DNA of 40,314 bases, from the NCBI GenBank assembly GCA_946625055.1, contig CAMOSS010000002.1, forward strand, positions 1-40,314, written 5' to 3'. Positions 34,757 to 40,314 of the stretch are shown here, in pieces; the stretch's first letter is position 1, and each line of letters opens with the position of its first letter. The notes beneath the pieces are model-generated. The model was given only the letters and a program-made list of their open reading frames with translations. It did no database searches and had not been told where the DNA came from. This stretch comes from an uncultured Bacillales bacterium (GTDB lineage Bacteria; Bacillota_I; Bacilli_A; RFN20; CAG-826). Position numbers and translations under genes: made by a program.

Positions 34757-36691
34757 CTATCTCACCTCCTCAATAAATGAATCAACTTCGTTGAAGTCGA
34801 TATTTTCTTCAATCCATTCCTTACGAACAGAAGAATCCTTACCCATGAGAATAGAAACTTCTTTTTCAACAAGAATGGCGTCTTCGATATTCACTTTGAT
34901 AAGTAATCTAGTTCTTGGATCCATTGTGGTTTCTTTAAGTTGAACAGCATCCATTTCACCAAGACCTTTATAACGTGAAATCTTGTATCCTGCTCCCACT
35001 TTTTTCTTGGCTTTTTCTAAATCAGCATCATCCCAAGCGTATTCTTGAATCATTTTATGATTCACTTCTTTGAATACTCTATATAATGGAGGAACAGCGA
35101 TAAAGACGTGACCAGATGTAATAAGTGGTCTCATATAGTGATAGAAGAATGTCAAAAGCAAAGTTTGAATGTGAGCACCATCGGTATCAGCATCGGTCAT
35201 GATGATGATTTTTCCATAGTGAATGTTCTTTACATCAAATGATTGACCATACCCTGCACCAATTGTGTTGATGATGGTCGCAAACTCTTCGTTTTTAAGC
35301 ATTCTATCTAATGGGACAGAATCAGTATTTAATGGCTTTCCACGAAGTGGAAGAATTGCTTGGTGAATTCTGTCTCTACCCTTACGAGCACTACCACCAG
35401 CGGAATCACCCTCGACGATGAAAAGTTCGTTTTTATCGTATTCTTTTGATTGGGCTGGAGTAAGTTTATCCGATAGGATAACTTCTGTTTTTGTCTTTTT
35501 AGAACTTCTTGCTTCGTCTTTTGCTTTGCGAGCAGCAATTCTTGCTGTTTGTGAATCAATACATTTTTTGATGATATTCAAAGCAAGTTCTTTATTTTCA
35601 CGTAAATAATACGTGAGTTTAGAATATAAGACGTTACTAACAATGGTCAAAGCTTGTGGAGTTCCAAGTTTTCCCTTTGTTTGACCTTCGAATTCGAGTG
35701 GTCCTTCTGGAATCTTTAAGGCGATTAAGGCAGTTAAACCTTCACGGATATCATTTCCTTCAAGTTTCTTACCTTTGAGGACTTGGGTTTCTTCACCAAA
35801 ATCATTGATCGCTCTTGTGATACCATTCCTAAATCCTGACTCATGAGTACCACCATCTCTGGTCCTTACGTTATTGACGTAAGAGTAAATATTTTCGTTA
35901 TAATCTTCGTAGCAATATTGCATAGCAATCTCTACAAAAATTCCTGTCTCTTGATCAGTGTCAGAGAAGTACATAATTGGGGTTAAAGGTCTCTTTCCTT
36001 GGGTGAGATATTCGCAGTATTCAACGATGCCATTTTCATAATAGAAGTTAGCATTTTGACCTGTTCTTTCATCCACTAAAATGAACCTTACACCCCTCAT
36101 TAAGAAGGCACTTTCTTGTAAGTGATTTGCAATAATATCGAACTTAAATTCGACAGTTGAGAAGATTTTTCCATCAGGTTGGAAACGGACATATGTACCG
36201 TGTTTTTTAGTTGTTCCAATGACTTCAAGAGGAGTTTCAATTTTGCCTCCATCAGAGAATTTCATATGGAAAATTTGGCCTTCACGGTAGACACAAACAT
36301 CTAACCAAATGCTTAAAGCATTTGTTACTGATGCACCAACACCATGTAAGCCGGCTGCTGATTTATAAACAGCACTGTTAAATTTACCACCGGCATGGAG
36401 CTCGGTGAATACAAGTTCAAGAGCTGATTTACCGGTCTCTTTATTAATTCCGGTAGGGATACCACGACCTTCATCAAGAACACTTAAAGAACCATCTTTG
36501 TGGATGGTGATTACGATCTTGTCACCGAAGCCAGAAAGAGCTTCATCGACAGCGTTATCAACCACTTCCCAAACGAGGTGATGTAACCCAGTTGAGTTGG
36601 TTGATCCGATGTACATGGCTGGTCTTTTTCTGACACCTTCAAGTCCCTGCAAAACGTGTATATCATCAGCGGTATAATTAGTAGAACTCAT
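34757..36691 (-). CDS. parE: DNA topoisomerase IV subunit B
   Basis: LQGLEGVRKRPAMYIGS, GHKL ATPase motifs, and Toprim EGDSAGG and PLRGK. The start is set at the ATG at 36691 (MSSTNY), which has an AAGGAAA SD. The 61 upstream codons of the track ORF run through the divergent promoter region. Confidence 0.85.
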   Translation of the reverse strand: MSSTNYTADDIHVLQGLEGVRKRPAMYIGSTNSTGLHHLVWEVVDNAVDEALSGFGDKIVITIHKDGSLSVLDEGRGIPTGINKETGKSALELVFTELHAGGKFNSAVYKSAAGLHGVGASVTNALSIWLDVCVYREGQIFHMKFSDGGKIETPLEVIGTTKKHGTYVRFQPDGKIFSTVEFKFDIIANHLQESAFLMRGVRFILVDERTGQNANFYYENGIVEYCEYLTQGKRPLTPIMYFSDTDQETGIFVEIAMQYCYEDYNENIYSYVNNVRTRDGGTHESGFRNGITRAINDFGEETQVLKGKKLEGNDIREGLTALIALKIPEGPLEFEGQTKGKLGTPQALTIVSNVLYSKLTYYLRENKELALNIIKKCIDSQTARIAARKAKDEARSSKKTKTEVILSDKLTPAQSKEYDKNELFIVEGDSAGGSARKGRDRIHQAILPLRGKPLNTDSVPLDRMLKNEEFATIINTIGAGYGQSFDVKNIHYGKIIIMTDADTDGAHIQTLLLTFFYHYMRPLITSGHVFIAVPPLYRVFKEVNHKMIQEYAWDDADLEKAKKKVGAGYKISRYKGLGEMDAVQLKETTMDPRTRLLIKVNIEDAILVEKEVSILMGKDSSVRKEWIEENIDFNEVDSFIEEVR

Positions 36692-36733
36692 TATAGTTTC
36701 CTTTCGAATCTTCCTAATTATAAACGAAAAAAG

Positions 36734-36763
36734 TTGCAAAATTAAAGCAATAAAGTGTATATT
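36734..36763 (+). promoter_or_regulatory. plsY promoter (TTGCAA-18-TATATT, TG-adjacent)
   Basis: TTGCAA at 36734-36739 and tgTATATT at 36756-36763. Downstream, tctgc/gcaga flanks the SD GAAGGAGG. Confidence 0.5.
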
Positions 36764-36788
36764 ATATGTCTGCGAAGGAGGCAGAATT

Positions 36789-37565
36789 ATGGATATTATT
36801 TTATATAATATACTCGCTGGATTTATTTGCGTAATTATTGGATATTTATTTGGTTCGATACCTTTTTCAATCATAATTGGAAAAGTATTTTTTAAGAAAG
36901 ACCCTCGTGATTATGGCTCAAAAAATGCAGGTGGCACTAACTGCATGAGAGTTTTCGGAAAAGGATGGGGTATTCTTGTCATTTGTTTAGATGGTTTGAA
37001 GACTGTCATTCCTGTCTGGATGTGTTTCTTAATCATGACATATGCAAAATTTGGTGGTCAAACACTCCTTCCAGATGTTAGAACCTGGCTCGAAACAGGT
37101 GTTGATGCCTACACAATCAAATATCCAGCCTATTGGTTGTCCGCTGCCGGTGTTACTTTAGGACACTGTTACCCATTATTTGCCGGATTTAAAGGCGGAA
37201 AAGGTGCAAGCAATATTTGGGGTTTATTATTCACCACTTCTTGGATGCACTTATTAATCCCAATGGCAGCCTTCTTCATCGTCATGAAAAAGACAAAATA
37301 TATGTCATTATCTGTCCTTGTTTCACACCTTATCGCCACTATTACTCAATGGACCATCACCATATTAATTTTAACCCATGTTCTTCCTTCATGGTTCGTG
37401 TGGTTTCAAGGATATGGACCAACATTATATCTCTGTTTGACTTCCTCAATTGTCTACACATTCTGCTTCTTAATGATGGTTATTAGACACAAAGCCAATA
37501 TTCAAAGATTAATGAACGGTACAGAAAGAAAAATGGGAGAAAAAGTTGAAACAGCAAGTAATTAG
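36789..37565 (+). CDS. plsY: Glycerol-3-phosphate acyltransferase PlsY
   Basis: GSIPFS...DPRDYGSKNAGGTNCMRV, GHCYP and FKGGKG motifs. Divergent from parE as in Bacillus (yneS). At 258 aa it is longer than the usual ~200 aa. Confidence 0.9.
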   Translation: MDIILYNILAGFICVIIGYLFGSIPFSIIIGKVFFKKDPRDYGSKNAGGTNCMRVFGKGWGILVICLDGLKTVIPVWMCFLIMTYAKFGGQTLLPDVRTWLETGVDAYTIKYPAYWLSAAGVTLGHCYPLFAGFKGGKGASNIWGLLFTTSWMHLLIPMAAFFIVMKKTKYMSLSVLVSHLIATITQWTITILILTHVLPSWFVWFQGYGPTLYLCLTSSIVYTFCFLMMVIRHKANIQRLMNGTERKMGEKVETASN

Positions 37566-37578
37566 TACTTATTTAGTA
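37562..37578 (+). repeat. TTAGTA-N5-TTAGTA phased direct repeat starting in the plsY stop codon
   Basis: TTAGTA at 37562-37567 contains the plsY TAG stop (37563-37565). The second TTAGTA is at 37573-37578. Period 11 bp. Confidence 0.75.
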
Positions 37579-37592
37579 AATATTGAATAAAG

Positions 37593-37625
37593 AAAAATCG
37601 CGTGTCATAACGCGGTTTTTTCTTT
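37593..37625. terminator. Bidirectional terminator between plsY and the GNAT gene
   Basis: aaaaatcgcg / cgcggttttt stem with an 8-nt loop. A-run on the left, T-run on the right. Confidence 0.8.
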
Positions 37626-37685
37626 ATATAATTTATCATTTCATCTGGTGATTCGTTGATAATGATTAGATTAATCGCCTTTAAC

Positions 37686-38120
37686 CTATTTGTATTCCAT
37701 TAAATAACGTGTTTCTTTTATGATTGATTTAACTTTAATGCCTAATCTTTTATAGAGTCTTACTGCTCCAACATTCTTAATGAATACGTATAGGCAAATA
37801 AGTTTTTGTTTATTCTCTTTTATTATTTTTAATAATGTATAAGTCCCAATACCTTTATTTTGAAATTCCTCATTTACAAAGAGATCATCAATTTCAATTC
37901 TCTCACCATCATCTATTATTCTTACATAACAGGCCTTTTTAGAGGCGTAGAGAATTGTTTTATATTCTTGAATATAATTCGTCACTTTTTCTTTTGCCCA
38001 GCCTTAAACATAGGAATAATCAATTTTTGATATATCCTCATATTTATCAATCAAAACTTTATTTATTTTAAAGATCTCATCAATTGATTCTTTAGTTGTT
38101 TCTACATATTTAATATTCAT
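37686..38120 (-). pseudogene. GNAT-family N-acetyltransferase interrupted by one in-frame TAA
   Basis: The ATG at 38120 opens a 38-codon frame (MNIKYVETTKESIDEIF...). An in-frame TAA at 38006-38004 follows, and the same frame then continues into the track ORF (37985-37686). That ORF carries the acetyl-CoA motif VNEEFQNKGIGTYTL. No SD or promoter lies between the yneF terminator and 38120. Confidence 0.65.
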
Positions 38121-38122
38121 AA

Positions 38123-38152
38123 GTAAAATAAAAAGATATGCAAAGCATATCT
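38123..38152 (-). terminator. Rho-independent terminator after yneF
   Basis: agatatgc / gcatatct stem with a 3-nt loop. The minus strand is followed by TTTTTATTTT. Confidence 0.75.
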
Positions 38153-38154
38153 AA

Positions 38155-38376
38155 TTAGTTTTGACTGTTAACGTTTCTCATGATTTCGCGAATTTGTTTT
38201 TCACTTGGATTTCTGCCCATGCTTCTAAACATCGCTCTAATCATTTTTTCATTAACTGGTGGGTTTTCTTTAAGTTGTTTTTTGAAATACCATCTAGCGC
38301 CGAAGAATCCAGCAACAAGACCTCCTAAAAGAGCACCGACGACAGCAAGTACAAAGGCCCAAACTTCAATTTGCAT
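38155..38376 (-). CDS. yneF: UPF0154-family small membrane protein YneF
   Basis: An N-terminal TM helix followed by ARWYFKKQLKENPPVNEKMIRAMFRSMGRNPSEKQI, typical of YneF. SD AAGGAGA is upstream. Confidence 0.85.
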   Translation of the reverse strand: MQIEVWAFVLAVVGALLGGLVAGFFGARWYFKKQLKENPPVNEKMIRAMFRSMGRNPSEKQIREIMRNVNSQN

Positions 38377-38393
38377 TTTTAATCTCCTTGAGA

Positions 38394-38951
38394 TTAGGCT
38401 CTTCCATCGTAATCGCCGTTATCGGTTCTGACTAAGATGGTTTCACCATTTTCAATGAATAATGGGACTCTGACTTTTAATCCTGTTTCAAGGACAGCGT
38501 CTTTCATTGCTTTGTTGACTGTATCGCCACGAACTGCTGGTTCACATTCAACGATTTTAAGAGCAACTTTTGCAGGTAAGTTGATACCTAAGACTTCGTC
38601 TTCATAAGCTGTGATTTCAACAATTTCATCACCTTTTAAGAATTGTTTTTCCCATTCTAAGCGATCTTTGCTGATTTCGATTTGCTCATAGGTGTTTTGA
38701 TCCATGAACACTAATGCATCACCTGTATCATAGAGATATTGCATTTGTTTTTTGTCTAAGCGGATGGTTTCAATACCATAGCCAGAGTTACGAGAGATTT
38801 CACTGATTGCGCCTGTTCTTAAGTTTTTAACTTTGACTTTAGCAACCATCTTTCTCATCGCTGTCTTGTTTAATAAGATATCAAGAACTTGATAAATGTT
38901 GCCTTCTTCTTCGAAGAAGTTTCCAGGTCTTAATTCTGTAACATTAACCAT
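38394..38951 (-). CDS. efp: Elongation factor P (atypical modification loop)
   Basis: 185 aa with the EF-P three-domain pattern (LRPGNFF..., KNLRTG, GDxVxV..., C-terminal ...VRVPLFIENGE.I.V.T..G.Y..RA). SD AAGGAAAGGA is upstream. Confidence 0.93.
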   Translation of the reverse strand: MVNVTELRPGNFFEEEGNIYQVLDILLNKTAMRKMVAKVKVKNLRTGAISEISRNSGYGIETIRLDKKQMQYLYDTGDALVFMDQNTYEQIEISKDRLEWEKQFLKGDEIVEITAYEDEVLGINLPAKVALKIVECEPAVRGDTVNKAMKDAVLETGLKVRVPLFIENGETILVRTDNGDYDGRA

Positions 38952-39002
38952 AATTTAATTCCTTTCCTTTTATTTGTCGTTTGATATTATATCAAATATT
39001 TA

Positions 39003-39632
39003 TTATTTCACAAATGGATTATTGTTTCTTTCAAATCCAATTGTGGTGAAACCACCATGTCCTGGATAAACTTTGATATCATCAGAAAAAGCCATAAGCT
39101 TTTCTAAAGACTCTTTTCTTAAGTGTCTATTTGATTTTTCAAAGTCATCTCTACCGATGCTACGTTTAAATAATGTATCACCAGAGAATAATAATTTACT
39201 TTCTTTTAGAAAGTAGCATACTGAACCTTCCGTGTGGAACGGAGTGTGTACTACTTTAATATCTTCATCTAACACTTTAATGACGTCACCATCTGTCACT
39301 GTTTTAACAGATGATTTCACAATAACATTCTCGCCCATGTAAGATGAGAGGTTATAACGTGGGTTCGTTAATAGACTTTCATCAAGATAATGAATGAACA
39401 CTTCGGCTTTAAATCTTTCCACTAGTCTATCAATGCCTCTAATGTGATCAACATGACCATGAGTTAAAAGAACAGCTTTTAAAATGAGATTATTGTTTGA
39501 GATATAATCTCCAAGCTTATCATTGTCTTGTGATGGGTCTATAACCACACAAAAAGAACTATTATCTACAAGTAGATAAGTGTTCGCATTTAAATCATCT
39601 ATGTCGTTATAAATAAATGGTATGACTTTCAT
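39003..39632 (-). CDS. MBL-fold metallo-hydrolase (YqgX / glyoxalase II-like)
   Basis: THGHVDH metal motif plus downstream His/Asp ligands (HTPFHTEGS, GDTLF, PGHG). The first ATG is at 39632. The track start at 39641 is a TTG. Confidence 0.85.
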   Translation of the reverse strand: MKVIPFIYNDIDDLNANTYLLVDNSSFCVVIDPSQDNDKLGDYISNNNLILKAVLLTHGHVDHIRGIDRLVERFKAEVFIHYLDESLLTNPRYNLSSYMGENVIVKSSVKTVTDGDVIKVLDEDIKVVHTPFHTEGSVCYFLKESKLLFSGDTLFKRSIGRDDFEKSNRHLRKESLEKLMAFSDDIKVYPGHGGFTTIGFERNNNPFVK

Positions 39633-39664
39633 AAAGTACAAAAAAATAGGTTTGAAACGATAAC

Positions 39665-39832
39665 CTATTTCTTCTTTTCACGATGAAGTGTTGCCTTTTT
39701 ACATCTTGGGCAATATTTTTTAACTTCTAAACGATCTGGATTGTTCTTTTTGTTTTTTGAAGTAATATATGTTTCTTCACCGCATTCTGTGCATTTGAGA
39801 GTTAAGCTATATCTATCATCTTTCTTTGCCAT
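39665..39832 (-). CDS. rpmG: 50S ribosomal protein L33 (zinc-ribbon C+ form)
   Basis: [55 protein letters not shown] has CxxC...CxxC. SD AAGGAGA precedes the ATG at 39832. The rest of the 120-aa track ORF is a low-complexity upstream extension. Confidence 0.93.
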   Translation of the reverse strand: MAKKDDRYSLTLKCTECGEETYITSKNKKNNPDRLEVKKYCPRCKKATLHREKKK

Positions 39833-39949
39833 AAATATCGTTCTCCTTGAAACGCAAAGTAATCTTATCATAGATAAACAAAAGAGAAAAGACAAAAATA
39901 ATATTTTGTTTGTTAAGACAAAGAAAAAGAAAAAAGATATAATAATTCT

Positions 39950-40314
39950 ATGGTTACAAGAAACGAAACTAAAAGAATTAAAATTGGGTCTATAACATTG
40001 GGAGGTCAAAACAAAGTTTTGATTCAATCAATGTGTAACATCAAAACCGAAAATTATGAGGCGGTCATCAAACAAATAAATGAGTGCGCTTCTTTGGGCG
40101 CAGACCTTATGCGTGTCTCGGTCATGGATGAAAAAGACGCCCATGCGATTAGTAAAATCAAAGCAGGTATCAATATCCCATTAGTCGCGGATATTCATTT
40201 TGACTACCGTTTAGCCTTAATCGCTATGGATGAAGGCGTTGATAAGATTAGAATCAACCCTGGTAATATCGGAAGCATTGAAAATATCAAAAAGGTTGTA
40301 GATAAAGCCAAAGA
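39950..40314 (+). CDS. ispG: 4-hydroxy-3-methylbut-2-enyl diphosphate synthase IspG, 5' partial (runs off the window)
   Basis: [30 protein letters not shown]...LMRVSV...[15 protein letters not shown]...IRINPGNIG is the IspG TIM-barrel N-terminus. It is not in the ORF track because the frame is open at the window edge. Confidence 0.9.
   Translation, partial: MVTRNETKRIKIGSITLGGQNKVLIQSMCNIKTENYEAVIKQINECASLGADLMRVSVMDEKDAHAISKIKAGINIPLVADIHFDYRLALIAMDEGVDKIRINPGNIGSIENIKKVVDKAK

Noticed and set aside
36692-36874. A 61-codon N-terminal extension of the parE ORF (MIEKGIEPNKYPIITQ...).
   Set aside because: It runs through the divergent plsY promoter and the plsY start. The conserved ParE/GyrB N-terminus begins at the ATG at 36691, which has its own SD.
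39639-39668. A hairpin (ataggtt/aacctat) overlapping the rpmG stop, considered as a full terminator.
   Set aside because: The stem is only 7 bp and AT-rich. The MBL-hydrolase ATG follows within about 10 nt with no room for a promoter. Co-transcription with partial attenuation seems more likely than a true operon boundary, and the evidence is too weak to list as a feature.
39833-40027. A 65-codon extension upstream of rpmG, and the 84-aa plus-strand ORF at 39741-39995.
   Set aside because: L33 is about 50-55 aa and an SD precedes the ATG at 39832. The extension is Phe/Leu low-complexity sequence translated from the A/T-rich rpmG-ispG promoter region.
1-40314. Mycoplasma-type genetic code (TGA = Trp), CRISPR arrays, tRNA or rRNA genes, and IS, transposase or prophage genes.
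   Set aside because: All conserved genes are full-length with TGG Trp under the standard code, and TGA is used as a stop at 310-312 and at the yhbY stop. I saw no direct-repeat/spacer array, no tRNA-like GTTCGAATC arms and no transposase, integrase or phage structural motifs.

Overview
This is an AT-rich chromosomal segment from a low-GC Firmicutes/Mollicutes-like bacterium. It uses the standard genetic code: all long housekeeping ORFs are intact under code 11 and Trp is TGG. The lineage call is inference, based on radC running straight into rplU with no mreBCD/minCD, a NadD-YqeK fusion and an unusual EF-P loop. About 95% of the window is core housekeeping with Bacillus-like synteny. Plus strand, 0-27.3 kb: small membrane ORF-radC, rplU-prp-rpmA, obg, ruvA-ruvB, secDF, recJ, marR plus a heterodimeric ABC exporter pair, relA, hisS-aspS, tkt, an Asp23-like gene, a membrane protein, nusB-xseA-xseB, dinB-xerD, deoB. 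Minus strand, 28.8-36.7 kb: nadD/yqeK, yhbY, yqeH, yqeG, parC, parE. Then plsY (+), a GNAT gene broken by an in-frame stop (-), yneF, efp, an MBL-fold hydrolase and rpmG (-), and the 5' part of ispG (+). I saw no rRNA, tRNA, CRISPR array, transposase or integrase-bounded element. The one clearly accessory stretch is about 1.5 kb (27.3-28.8 kb) between the convergent deoB and nadD-yqeK operons. It holds a very basic small protein gene split by a -1 frameshift at an A7 tract, then a MazF/PemK-like protein with a ~50-aa N-terminal extension and no recognisable antitoxin, then a repeat-rich non-coding tail. Three window-scale signals the ORF track does not explain: (i) TTAGTA direct repeats phased at exactly 11 bp, starting at or just after the stop codon of four operon-terminal genes, always co-oriented with the gene; (ii) TATAAT-N6-ATG with no Shine-Dalgarno at four operon heads, the geometry expected for leaderless mRNAs; (iii) a near-consensus minus-strand promoter at the left edge that fires directly into an intrinsic terminator. 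All protein calls come from reading motifs by eye. No database search was possible.
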